This document shows positions 11,901 through 22,613 of a DNA stretch of 51,339 bases, one piece after another. The stretch's first letter is position 1, and each line of letters opens with the position of its first letter. The position numbers and the translations under genes are program-made. This stretch comes from Saprolegnia diclina VS20 (taxonomy: Eukaryota). The notes below the pieces were generated by a model. The model was not told where the DNA came from, searched no databases, and saw only the letters and a program-made list of their open reading frames with translations. Location of the stretch: contig NW_008246069.1 in the NCBI RefSeq assembly GCF_000281045.1, positions 1,105,627 through 1,156,965 of the forward strand, given 5' to 3'.

Positions 11901-13478
11901 CTTCGCATCGCGTGTGAGCTCGGGGACTTTGTCGTCTCGGCGGTGCTTTTACCGACGCTCTACGACCTCCTGGGGGCCCATCTTTGCGCGATCCAGCGCG
12001 AGCCGACCAAGGTACACGGACGCTCGCTTTAGCGCCAAACTGAGGTGTAGTGCTAGGCGCATGTGGAGCTGCAGCTGGAAGTCATCGTCGTGTCGCGCCT
12101 CTTGCGTGCGCTGCTCGACTTGGTGCACGACTTTACGGCGTCGGTGCACGCGATGGTCGCCCTCCTCGACCGTGTCTCGCATCAACTGCCGCCACTCCTG
12201 GCATGGACGGGCCTCGTTGAGCTCGTGCTGGCGCTGAGCGACAAGGTCGGTCCGACGCTCACCAAGCAGAGCTTGCAGCCGTCGCTCCAGGCGTGTGTTC
12301 TCTCGATGCACTGTCCGTCGTCGCACTTGGCGCCGTTCCCGGCCCTCGAGAGCTGGTACCTCGGTGTCGGCGCGTGGCCGCCGATCGAGCCGCTTCCGTC
12401 CGTGCTCTTCGAAGACGTGCATTTAGCCCTCGACCTCTCGCTGCCGCGGAAGCTTCAAGACGCGGTGCAAACCACGTGGCAGCGAAGCCTCTCTGTGCCC
12501 AAGCCCAAGCGCCACAGCCGCAAGTGGACGCAAACGCCGTCGAGTGCGTTTTGGGAGGCCTCCAGCGTGCTCAACGCCCACAACGCGAGCATCAAGATGC
12601 TCACGGTACTGGACGGCGACCGGTGGCTCGTGAGTGCGAGCGCCGGCGGCTCGTGCAAGCTCTGGCGGCTCAGCGACATGCACAGCCTCGGGCAGTGGAG
12701 TGTGCACGCGGCCCCGATCACGGGCGTCCTACATATGCCGAGTCTCCTCCACCACTTTGTTGTGAGCGACCGTCTCAACGTCTTTTTGTACCAGGCGCCG
12801 ACGCTGCAGTGCAAGTGGCAAATGACGTTTCCGTCGCCGATCGTGTGCACGCCGGTGGTCGTGCTCGCATCGATCGTCGTTGCGCAAGAGCCACTCACGC
12901 TGCACATTATGCGCCCGACAACGCGTGACGCGCCGATCGTATGGAGCGCGCCCCGGGTCCTCGGGACGCTCTCTACTGTGGCTGCGACGACCGACAACCG
13001 GACCCTCGTGCTCGGTGGTACGTCGGGATATCTGTGCTTGCTCGACGCCCGCACCGGCGCCGTCCTTCGAATGTGGAGTGCCCATGATGGGAGGGTGCTC
13101 AAGCTCCAGCACGGACCGCCGCACCGTCTCTGGAGCATCGGTGCCGATCGCATCGCTCATCTTTGGGACACACAGACGTGGACAACGACGGCGACCGTCG
13201 CCAACTGGCCCGATACGACGTTGGACCACACGGTGGTGACCGCCGACGCCGACCGGCTCGTGGTCGCATCCGGTCTGCGTATGGCAACGCTCGCAACGAC
13301 CGACGTTGTGCGTCGTCGCACGCGTCTCGAACTCGAGACGCTCTTTGAGAAACAGCGCGACGGAAAGCTTCGAACGCCCAAGTGGAGCGTGCAAGCGATG
13401 GCCCACCTGACGCTGCGGCCGTGCCTGATTGTCGGCAACGATGCCGGCGCCATCAACCTCCTTCGCACGTCGCCCTAA
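8919..13478 (+). CDS. WDR81/GFS12/LvsG-like protein: degenerate kinase-like N-terminus, BEACH domain, C-terminal WD40 repeats
   Basis: Multi-exon (first intron 9447-9499). Kinase-like segment [23 protein letters not shown]...[13 protein letters not shown] motifs [93 protein letters not shown]40 repeats in the last exon (AHNASIKML...[22 protein letters not shown]...[13 protein letters not shown]). Confidence 0.88.
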
Positions 13479-13528
13479 GACCGTCATGTGTTGTCGTGTT
13501 GATCAAGCTCGTTTGTTTGTTTATGCAG

Positions 13529-13550
13529 TATATATATATATATGTATATA
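13529..13550. repeat. (TA)n microsatellite
   Basis: tatatatatatatatgtatata in the 90-bp gap between two convergent stop codons. Confidence 0.8.
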
Positions 13551-13568
13551 GAGGCAGAGCGTCGACGG

Positions 13569-15133
13569 CTACTGCATAAAGTTGAACGAGTCTTGTGGCG
13601 TCGTCGGCGGCGGCGGAGGGAACGCCGAAGCTCCAAATGGATTCATCGGCGGCGCCTCGCTGAACGACGGCGGCGGTGTCGCCGCAAAGGGGTTGAACCC
13701 CGCTTCGTCCGGCGCATGGAAGGCTGGAAACCCTCCGTCGGCCTTGATACTGCCGGTGCGCGCTGCGGTCGTCGTCGAGTTAAAGCTCGTGCGACTACCG
13801 GCAACCGCGCTCGTTGTAATGTGATTGCCGGACGCCGATGGAAACGACGCCTCGAACGCCGGCGATGCCGACGGCGCGTTAAAGTCTTGCCACGAACTTC
13901 CCGACGACAAGTGGGTAGCGTGGGACGAGGTGACGCTGCCGTGTTGCGTCGCCGGTGCCTGGAAAAAGTCGGCCGACGGTGGCGCCTCGGTCGTCGGTCC
14001 GACGAAATCGTTGAAGCTCAGCGTCGTCACCTGCACCTCCGGCTCGTCGTCGGTGCGGGTCGCCGCCGGTATCGCGCTGTCGTGGCCGCTCGGTGCAAAC
14101 GATTCGAGGCGCGAGAGGTGTTCGTTGAAAGTCGAGATGCGCAGCAGCGGGTCCAGCTTGGCCGTCAAGTCGTACACGTCCTTGGCATACGCAAGGCGAA
14201 ACTCAATGATCTACCGGTCATCGTAACTTTGGACAAGTTGTCATTGGCGTCGTACACGCTGGACGAGCGGCAGCAAGGTCGCGTCGCGGTTTTGCAGAAA
14301 CGTGCGGAGGTCCTGGATCGTCTTCTCGGACGTCTTGTTATAGTTGGTCGAGATGGTCACGAGCTTTTGTTCGTTCTACTCGATATACGACTCGGAATCC
14401 AGCGCTAGCACAAGACACGAGGTGTACGCGGTGGAGCTTGTCGACGTCCTTGCTCTTCTCCTGCTTGCCGGCGCCGGCGCGTTTGTTGTGGGCATCGCGG
14501 AGCGTCTGCACCTTCTTCGTGTAGTGGTCGAACGTGATGTGGCTGTCGTTAAAGTCTTCGATCTCGGACTTGAGGTGCGCGACTTGGTGGAGCCAGCCCT
14601 GCGATGGCTTTTGCACACGCGTCTCGAACGTCTTGACCTATCGATACGACGGTACGGCGCGTCGCTCAGAGTTTCGTACGAGCTCGGTGAGCTTGGTGAT
14701 GTCAATGCTGAGCGAGCACGCTTTGAAGACGTCGACAAACTGCCGCACCTCGGGCGCCGTGCCCATGTTGTCTACCGGTGGTGAGGCAACGCGACAGAAG
14801 AGCGCGGCCTACCCGAGCAGCGCACGCTCGCCACGTCCTCGACCGCGCGCAAAAGGACGTTGGCCGACGCGTGAAAGCCTGTGACGCGCATGAGAAGCGA
14901 GATGGCGGGGCATTGCACTGCTACCTTTCAGCGAGAGGATGAAGCCTTGCAGCGCGTTGTCGAGGTTGACGACGCCCGACTGGAGCTCTTCAAAGCCGGC
15001 GGCGGCAATGTCGAACTGCGTGTTCTTGCTCGGCTTGGTCGCGCCGAGCTTGGCCATGAGCTACGCAGCGTGAGCCGCAAGACGCCATCGTAGCGCGGAC
15101 CTTGTTGGTCGCGCGGACCCGGATCGACGACAT
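13569..15133 (-). CDS. BAR-domain (amphiphysin-like) endocytic adaptor with an NPF/WxxF-containing disordered tail
   Basis: MSSIRVRATNK | intron 15061-15100 | LMAKLGATKPSKNTQFDIAAAGFEELQ...; helical core including FDHYTKKVQTLRD...DKLHRNEQKL...YNKTSEKTIQDL, typical of BAR helices 2-3. Pro/Ser/Phe-rich tail with FNPF, MNPF, SWQDF and FNDF. Several short introns. Confidence 0.72.
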
Positions 15134-15240
15134 GGTGAGGGACCGACCGAGCTTTTAAAAATACACCAGTTGCCACAAAAGAGGTCGTAACCGTCCGGTT
15201 ACAACCACTGCCGCCAGTGTCATTGCTGAAGTGCACTCTA

Positions 15241-15562
15241 CTCGACTACTCTAGTACTAGTCTAAGTACTAAAGTGCGGGAGGGTCATCGTCAGTCGGAA
15301 GGCCATAGGCCCTCGACTACTCTAGTACTGGTATTAATAGTGGAAGTACTAAAATGCGGAAGGGTCAACGTCAGTCTGAAGGCCATAGGCCCTCGACTAC
15401 TCTAGCACTAGTATGCATACTAAAAGTAAGTACTAAAGTTCGGGAGGGTCAACGTCAGTCGTCGAGGGCAAATTATGCCCTCGACGACTCTAGTACTGGT
15501 ATTAATACTAGTGTAAGTACTAAAGTGCGGGAGGGTCGACATCAGTCTGAAGGCCATAGGCC
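15241..15562. repeat. Tandem array of four ~71-88 bp units with a conserved hairpin-forming core and variable AT-rich palindromic linkers
   Basis: Units start at about 15241, 15312, 15392 and 15480 (CTCGAC[T/G]ACTCTAG[T/C]ACT - variable - AAGTACTAAAGTGCGGGAGGGTCA.CGTCAGTCTGAAGGCCATAGGCC). The third unit ends in a perfect 14-bp inverted repeat (15457-15470 / 15476-15489). Confidence 0.9.
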
Positions 15563-15824
15563 AGCCGGCGTGGGAGGATGAAGAAGGCGATAGGGGTTTC
15601 CTTTGGGATCGACGAGCCGCCCAGCCAACGCGGCTTGGCTTGGAGGAAACCGGTGCTTGATCCGAGTCCTTCTATGACGGAGTGACCAACGAGCCATACT
15701 GTAGTAGAAGAGCTAGTATACTAGCGATGACTAGTGGTAGCGACTGATCGATCGAGCGTGTTCCGTGAAGCATTCAAGGCATCAACGCCAATACGTTTTG
15801 CGAAGGTTTAATCGATCTCGTCGT

Positions 15825-17232
15825 CTACTGCGGCGCCTGGTGCTGCTCGTGCGGCGGCTGCCGCCACACAAACTCTTCGACAACGTCGGCGTTCGTGCTC
15901 GTTGCTTGGTGGAGGCTGCAGCTGTTGGGGCACGTGTACACGGCAAGCGTGCCCCAGTCCAAGTCGGTGGCGCCGTTCTGGAGCGAGTCGAGGTCGCCCG
16001 ACACCTTGAGGTGGTAGAGCAGCTGGGGCATAATCTGAAACTCAAAGCGGCGACGCTCGTTGCAGACGCTGCAGCTCGGAATGTCATTTGCCTTGCCTTC
16101 CGAGTGCACCCACAGCACGGGCTCGTCGTCGTCCCAGCGGCAGTAGCGCAGCACTTGGTCGTTGGCGAGCGCGACGCGCGTGAGGAACCCGACGTACGTC
16201 TTGTCTTGCGTCGTCGTTCCGAGCATCGACGCCAAGTCCTTCTGCGACAAGTCGATCTCCGAGTCGTCCGTAAACACATCGTCGCCACGGGGTTGCAAGT
16301 GGGCTACAGCCCATGAGATTATCTGCGTGCTTCGAGCAAAACAAGGCAAAGACTCTACCTTGCTCGTACGCTTGCATCATTTTGGCCTCCGACTCGTTCT
16401 GGGCGACCGTGCGATCGGGCTCTTGCTCGATGTGGATCGCATACTGCGGAAACACAAAAGCGCTGCCGTCATCCTCCATCGCTTGCGCCGCTGCGTCCGA
16501 GACGACCAGTGTCTGCTGCTGGGCGCTACAACGTGCATGAGAGGGCGAGACGTCGATCGACTTAGGTGTGTACCAGGCGGCGCAGTCGGTCTTGTGGCCA
16601 TGTTTCCAGTGGTCCTTTTGATGCGCCTTGGAGCAGTATTGTGCAACGTGGCACGCGCTGCAGGCAAACTTGCCGTTGAGGCCGCAGACAACGCAGCGCT
16701 TGACGGATGCCACGTTATTGCGCCATGCGTCGTCTTCCTTGTCCGAGTAGTAGGCGTTCTCGCGGGGCAGCTGCACGCGGAAGGCGCGGGCGCTACACAT
16801 GGCATGAGTACGATACCAGTATGGTCCAGAAGCATACTGGCCGAGCTTGGGGCAGCCCTTGGTGCGGCAGCAAAACACGTAGAGGCTGCGATGGAACGCT
16901 GCCGCCGGTGCGTCCAGCGGGCAGTAGATCTGCAGAAGGAAGCTCATGTTGGTCTCGCACACGCAAAGCACGTCGAGCTGCACGGTCGGGTCCAGCCACG
17001 TGGGCTGACCGCCCACTTTGCCGCCGTCCCAGTTGACAAACGGTCCGGCCAAATGCTCTTCGCCCGCTACAATATCGCTGACAAAGCCGAGCTCGATCTC
17101 GGCGTCGCCTTCGAGGTCCTCGTCGTCATCATCGTCGTCGTCTTCAACGAACGCCGTCGTAATATCGTCGAGCTGCGTCGGCGTCGGCGCGGTCACCGGC
17201 GTGGGCTGGTCGGCACGGGAGGGGCTGGCCAT
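15825..17232 (-). CDS. PDCD2: Programmed cell death protein 2 (PDCD2/Tsr4 family, uS5 chaperone) with MYND zinc finger
   Basis: GKVGGQPTWL, CVCETNMSFLLQIYCPLD...FHRSLYVFCC, MYND finger CVVCGLNGKFACSACHVAQYCSKAHQKDHWKHGHKTDC, and PDCD2_C QVLRY...IPSCSVCNERRRFEFQIMPQLL...DWGTLAVYTCPNSC...EEFVWRQ. Introns at 16793-16837, 16526-16573 and about 16303-16359. Confidence 0.93.
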
Positions 17233-17709
17233 GGCGATGATGGTTTTGGTGGTCAATTGGTGCACACTTTTTCATTGGCCCAAACGACGGAGCATGTTTT
17301 GCCCAATCAGAAGTGGCAAAAGCCGTTTAGGACTTGTGATTGGTGGGATTGTCAAAGCGCACTTCACAGAGTACGTACGCTGTTGTTCGAAGTGAGGCTG
17401 TGATAGTCTACATTCACGCCACATAAGCATCCGCGCCAACCCGCTGTGTACTCGTGACGCACACCTCAGCGCTGCGATACCACGGGATAAATAGAGTACA
17501 ATAGACATGAGCACCTTCTTTGGTCGGAGAAGGGGTCATCATGGCGCGTGTTGTCCGCTGCATCGCGACAACGCGATAATTGTGCGTGCGTTTAGACTAC
17601 CGAAGCTTGTCGATCTTCAACGAAAAAGAATATCTTGCTTTGTGTATAAAGAAGGCGCACCTAATCGAGCATCCTGGCCCAGGCAACGTGCCAGATTGTG
17701 AGCCGCAGC

Positions 17710-18507
17710 ATGATGGAGCCGCAGCGTCGCCGTCACTCGGTGGACATGGAGCAAGACCGAGAGGACATGGAGATCGAGATGGCCGAGCTTGGCCTCTCGG
17801 GCGCGCCCAACCAGCACTCGACCGGCGTCCGCGTGGACATGGAACTGCGGCGGCGGCTCGAGCGCGACCTCGTGCTCAAGCACGACTCGACGACGCTCAA
17901 GTACAAGGAGGCGTGGTTCTTCATTGAGACGTCGTGGATGGAGATGTGGATGAACTTTGTCTTGCACGACGGGCCGCTGCCCGGTCCGATCTCCAACCAG
18001 TCGTTCTACACGACGGCCAACGACTTTCGCAAGGACCTCCACGTCACCAAGCACTACCGCTGCGTCAACCCGCGCGTGTACGCGATCTACGCCGAGCTCT
18101 ACGGCACGGGCGGCGCCGTGCCCATAGCCCGCTACACGCTCGACCTGTATGCGACGCCGATTTTGCGCGACGACGTGATCGAGATCCTCAAGCTGCCCGA
18201 GCTCAGCGCCCGCGTCGCCGTGAGCGAGATGCGTGAAAAGTACGAAGAGTGGCCCGAGGACGAGCCCGAGTCAGAGAGCTGGTGGTACCGCTGCTGTTGC
18301 CGCTGCGATCGGCTGCCCACTGTGCTCGGACGGCTCTTTGGCGGCCCTACGTACGCTGTTGTGAGCACCGATGACAAAAAGAAGAAGAAGAAGAAGAAGG
18401 GTAAGAAGAAGGGCAAGAAGCGAAACAAGGATGAAGGCACGGACAGCGACAGCAGCGACACGGAGACGGAAGAAACGGGGCTCCTCGCGGCGCGCGACGA
18501 GGACTAA
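17710..18507 (+). CDS. Stand-alone DUSP (domain present in ubiquitin-specific proteases) protein with Cys cluster and poly-Lys tail
   Basis: Intronless, strong coding bias. DUSP signature WFFIETSWMEMWMNFV...PGPISNQ...KHYRCVNPRVYAIYAELYG.GG..PIAR, then WWYRCCCRCD and [17 protein letters not shown]. Confidence 0.8.
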   Translation: MMEPQRRRHSVDMEQDREDMEIEMAELGLSGAPNQHSTGVRVDMELRRRLERDLVLKHDSTTLKYKEAWFFIETSWMEMWMNFVLHDGPLPGPISNQSFYTTANDFRKDLHVTKHYRCVNPRVYAIYAELYGTGGAVPIARYTLDLYATPILRDDVIEILKLPELSARVAVSEMREKYEEWPEDEPESESWWYRCCCRCDRLPTVLGRLFGGPTYAVVSTDDKKKKKKKKGKKKGKKRNKDEGTDSDSSDTETEETGLLAARDED

Positions 18508-19741
18508 GTGGCACTATTTACTACTACTACAAAATGTCGACATGTCTATGTACTGGCGCGTACTACGCTAAGATCTCCTTGTCTCGTTGTGCTACTGCTG
18601 ACACGTCACGAGCACGCAGACTTGTCGACACTCAAGCTGCGACGACCTGTCCTCAGGCGATAAGGAGATGTCAGAATCCTCCTTCTGTCTCGGTAACACA
18701 CATTCCAAAGTCGCTGGACCAAAGCAAGGGCGCGTGTATGTTGACGCCGGCGTCGCGTAGCTATCGAGCCACCATCACACCGACCACAGCAGCGCTTCCC
18801 CGTACAATGAGATGCGATCGTCGGCTCGCAGAGACCGCCAAGACTCTACCCAAGCAGGAGGTGAAGCAAGCAAGCACCACGATCGATGCGAACCCTTGGC
18901 AAGGGTTGAGTACCAACGTGATGGGTTTCGTTCGTCTTGCAAATTGTACTAGTAGTAGGAAATCGCTCGTCAAGCTCCTTGACAGTCCGCGTTCGCTTTG
19001 GCCTCGTCCCGCTGTTATTTTTGCCGCGCAGCCCAACCGCGGCGAAGCTCGTTCAGAGGGACCGCAAGCGTGCGCTTCCGCGAACCAGACCCGGGTTGCT
19101 TGGGCCCACTCGGATGTGGCCTTGGCACAGTCTACGTGGGCTCTACCACTGTAGTATATAGGCTGGTGCTCGTAGCACCCCGTACAGCTCCGTCAACGCT
19201 TGAGAACGTACTGGAAAGCGGCGGTGGCCACGTCTGTGACGCGTTCAAGGTTAGCGACCACCACCCTTGTCCTCTCGCGTGCCGACTCATCAGGGCTTTT
19301 GCTGCATATACTGGGCAGAAACTGGTTGCTCGAGATGGTCAAGTTTGAAATTGAAGTGCCAATGTGGCTCGACGGACCCTTCTGTTTTCATCCTTGCTTG
19401 CACTCCAGTTGCAGCAACAGCGTCTACCGCCAAACAAAATGCACCAGTCATCATACCGCACACGGCGACGACAACAGCGTCAGAACAACGTGGCTGAAGG
19501 CCTTGTACACAGGAAGCGACGGCGTTGGCTGGCCGTGCAACTTCAGAAGCGCCTGCGACTAGACTACCATAGCAAAGCATTGATAGTATACTCAATTCCA
19601 CACAATTCCGAGCGCCATCGAGCCTCGACGCTTCGCAGAGACCCTTGCGTCGTGCGAGCTGGGCGTCTGGTCATGGCGCCAAGTTGCAGTTGAAACGACG
19701 TGGCTGGTGGATCTTTCATTTTTTTCGTACGTTCAAATATG

Positions 19742-20121
19742 NNNNNNNNNNNNNNNNNNNNNNNNNNNNNNNNNNNNNNNNNNNNNNNNNNNNNNNNNNN
19801 NNNNNNNNNNNNNNNNNNNNNNNNNNNNNNNNNNNNNNNNNNNNNNNNNNNNNNNNNNNNNNNNNNNNNNNNNNNNNNNNNNNNNNNNNNNNNNNNNNNN
19901 NNNNNNNNNNNNNNNNNNNNNNNNNNNNNNNNNNNNNNNNNNNNNNNNNNNNNNNNNNNNNNNNNNNNNNNNNNNNNNNNNNNNNNNNNNNNNNNNNNNN
20001 NNNNNNNNNNNNNNNNNNNNNNNNNNNNNNNNNNNNNNNNNNNNNNNNNNNNNNNNNNNNNNNNNNNNNNNNNNNNNNNNNNNNNNNNNNNNNNNNNNNN
20101 NNNNNNNNNNNNNNNNNNNNN
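19742..20121. other. Assembly gap (380 N)
   Basis: Run of N characters. Confidence 1.
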
Positions 20122-20243
20122 GTCAAAATGGCGTGAAATTAGCCTCGGAGACTCGAAGTCGAAGTTGGACCATGGAGCCATTCGGTTGGTTGGTGGAGGT
20201 TCGGGTCTCGTTGGCCACTGCTTTTGAGCTCGGTCGCAAGCTC

Positions 20244-20253
20244 CTCATTCCGC
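20244..20253 (+). promoter_or_regulatory. Putative oomycete Initiator element of the dyskerin gene
   Basis: CTCATTCCGC matches the oomycete YCAYTYY Inr, about 20 nt upstream of the ATG at 20265. Confidence 0.45.
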
Positions 20254-20264
20254 TACATACCATC

Positions 20265-21659
20265 ATGGCCGACAAGAAGCTCCGCAAGAAGGAGAAGGAA
20301 GCGACGGACCTCATCGCGCCCGAGACGTCGACGCCCAAGCTCGACACGTCCAAGTGGCCGCTCCTGCTCAAGAACTACTCGGACCTCAACGTGCGCACGG
20401 GCCACTACACGCCGATCCCGAGCGGCTCGACGCCGTTGAAGCGCAACATCCACGACTACATTCGCTATGGTGTCATCAACCTTGACAAGCCCGCGAACCC
20501 GTCGTCGCACGAAGTCGTGGCTTGGATCCGCCGCATCCTCCGCGTCGAGAAAACCGGCCACTCGGGCACGCTCGATCCCAAGGTCACGGGCTGCCTCATC
20601 GTATGCGTCGACCGCGCGACCCGCCTCGTCAAGTCGCAGCAGGGCGCCGGTAAGGAGTACGTGGCCATTGTCCGCCTCCACAGCGCGATCGAGTCGCAGG
20701 CCACGATGGCGCGCGCCATCGAGACGCTCACGGGTGCGCTCTTCCAGCGCCCGCCGCTCATTTCGGCTGTGAAGCGCCAGCTCCGTATCCGTACCATCTA
20801 CTCGTCCAAGCTCATCGAGTACGACAACGAACGCCACCTCGGTGTGTTCCACGTCAGCTGCGAAGCCGGCACGTACATCCGTACGCTCTGCGTCCACTTG
20901 GGTCTCGTCCTCGGCGTCGGCGCACACATGCAAGAACTTCGCCGTGTGCGCTCGGGTGTCCTCGGCGAAGCCGAAACGATGGTCACGATGCACGACGTGC
21001 TCGATGCCCAGTACGCGTTTGACACGTACAAGGATGAGAGCTACCTCCGCCGCATTGTGCGCCCGCTCGAAGTCCTCCTCACGACGTACAAGCGCATCGT
21101 CGTCAAGGACTCGGCCGTCAACGCGGTCTGCTACGGCGCCAAGTTCATGGTCCCGGGTCTCCTCCGCTTCGCCGACGACATTGACGTCAACGAAGAGGTC
21201 GTGCTCATGACGACCAAGGGCGAAGCCATCGCGATCGGTATTGCCCAGATGACCACGGCGGTCATGGCCACGTGCGACCACGGCGTCGTCGCCAAGATCA
21301 AGCGTGTCATCATGGAACGCGACACGTACCCGCGCCGCTGGGGCCTCGGCCCCATGGCCCAGAAGGTCAAGGGTCTCGTCAAGGAGGGCAAGATTGGCAA
21401 GTTTGGCAAGGTCAACGAAGCCACGCCCGCCGACGTCTCGGCCGTCTACTCCAAGCAGGCGGCGCCCGTCGCGGCCATCACGCCCGTCATTGAGGAGGTC
21501 AAGGCCGACTCGGACGACGAGCCCAAGAAGGAAAAGAAGGCCAAGAAGGAGAAGAAGGAGAAGAAGGCCAAGCGCGAAGCCGAGGCCGAAGACGGCGCCG
21601 ACGAGCCGGAGAAGAAGAAGAAGAAGAAGAAGAAGCACAGCCAGGACGACGAAGAGTAG
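20265..21659 (+). CDS. DKC1: H/ACA ribonucleoprotein pseudouridine synthase Cbf5/dyskerin
   Basis: Intronless. DKCLD N-terminus ([13 protein letters not shown]...RTGHYTP), TruB catalytic motif [30 protein letters not shown] domain ([18 protein letters not shown]...[17 protein letters not shown]), Lys/Glu-rich tail. Start at MADKKLRK (20265). Confidence 0.98.
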   Translation: MADKKLRKKEKEATDLIAPETSTPKLDTSKWPLLLKNYSDLNVRTGHYTPIPSGSTPLKRNIHDYIRYGVINLDKPANPSSHEVVAWIRRILRVEKTGHSGTLDPKVTGCLIVCVDRATRLVKSQQGAGKEYVAIVRLHSAIESQATMARAIETLTGALFQRPPLISAVKRQLRIRTIYSSKLIEYDNERHLGVFHVSCEAGTYIRTLCVHLGLVLGVGAHMQELRRVRSGVLGEAETMVTMHDVLDAQYAFDTYKDESYLRRIVRPLEVLLTTYKRIVVKDSAVNAVCYGAKFMVPGLLRFADDIDVNEEVVLMTTKGEAIAIGIAQMTTAVMATCDHGVVAKIKRVIMERDTYPRRWGLGPMAQKVKGLVKEGKIGKFGKVNEATPADVSAVYSKQAAPVAAITPVIEEVKADSDDEPKKEKKAKKEKKEKKAKREAEAEDGADEPEKKKKKKKKHSQDDEE

Positions 21660-21859
21660 AGAGCGATGATGTTGTAAAGTTATATATAGTGTTTAGTACA
21701 TATGCTACTACGCACCTTGAATCGACTATACACACTTTAGTTTTGCACTTGCACGACTACATCGGCGTTCGACTTCGTGATGCCAGTTGCTGTTGGACTG
21801 CAAGCCGGCCTCGTCGGCTTGCAGTACAACAGCAACTGGCATCATGAAGTCGAACGCCA

Positions 21860-22613
21860 CTAGTCCGTCATCGGGTACACGCTGAGCGGATGCACGGCCG
21901 ACGCCAGCGCTTCGGCCTCCCGCAACCAGTCGGCGCACCCCCGCGCGTCGATCGCAGTGAACGCGGGCCGGTAGGACGTGGAACGCGTACAGAAGCGTCG
22001 CTACACGCTGCATGTCGGCCGCCGCGCGGACGAGCACCATGCCCACGTTGGGCACCAGCTTTTGCGACGCACGCCGGGCATGCATGGGCAATCATCAGGT
22101 GCTGCGCAATGGCGTCGACCGAGCGATACTCGACGGCAACCGGCCGCGTGATCTCCGACGACGTCCGCGGTGAGGAGGCTCATCGCCGCCCGCATCAAGC
22201 ACCTGGACGTGTCCATGAGAGCACGGTGCAAGTCGAGCATGCATCGGTGGCCAGCCTCGCTAACGTTCCGAAGCGCTAGGCGGCAGCGATGCACGTGGCG
22301 CGTCGAGAGCGCACGGCAAAACGAGGTCAACTGCGCCTGCGCAAAGCGCCCAAACCGGCCGACCGATTGCAGCGTTGGGACGTACGTCGCGTGCCCTTGG
22401 TTGAGGGCATCCTTGCCTTCCTGGAGCAGCGTGGCCGCGTCGCCGGTGGCCATGGCGCTCGACGAGAGGCAGAGACATTGGTGCGCCGTGCGGAACGCCG
22501 CCGCCGGGATATCGCGCTGGGCGAGATCAACGACCTCGCCCAGCGGAAAAGATCCAGCGGAAGATGGCGCCGATCATGGACAGCATGTGGGGCTGCAGTT
22601 GCGGGGCGGCCAT
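21860..22613 (-). pseudogene. Possible frameshifted gene remnant of unknown family
   Basis: Protein-like, GC3-rich segments alternate frames without obvious introns: MAAPQLQPHMLSMIGAIFRW / PLGEVVDLAQRDIPAAAF...MATGDAATLLQEGKDAL / EYRSVDAIAQHLMI / QKLVPNVGMVLVRAAADMQRVATLLY / AIDARGCADWLREAEALASAVHPLSVYPMTD*. Could also be sequencing error or unrecognised splicing. Confidence 0.3.

Noticed and set aside
15241..15562. CRISPR array
   Set aside because: Eukaryotic context with no cas genes. The repeats are too long (about 65 bp) and imperfect, and the linkers are short, unequal and related to each other.
18378..18421. AAG trinucleotide runs (also about 21610-21634)
   Set aside because: These encode poly-Lys tracts of the DUSP protein and dyskerin; not independent repeats.
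18534..19740. 206-aa ORF (18534-19154) and neighbouring short ORFs
   Set aside because: Weak codon bias, no family motif and no convincing splice model. A gene truncated by the gap cannot be excluded.
19564..20264. ORFs spanning the N-run, including an N-terminal extension of dyskerin (650-aa ORF from 19707)
   Set aside because: Artefacts of translating through the assembly gap; dyskerin starts at 20265.
20253..21638. 461-aa antisense ORF over dyskerin, and similar long antisense ORFs over GPD1 (34034-35191), PDCD2 (16162-17403) and threonine aldolase (41387-42322)
   Set aside because: Shadow ORFs caused by GC3-biased codon usage; no recognisable motifs.
15825..21659. Functional ribosome-biogenesis cluster (PDCD2 near dyskerin)
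   Set aside because: Only two genes, on opposite strands, separated by an unrelated gene and a gap; chance proximity is sufficient.
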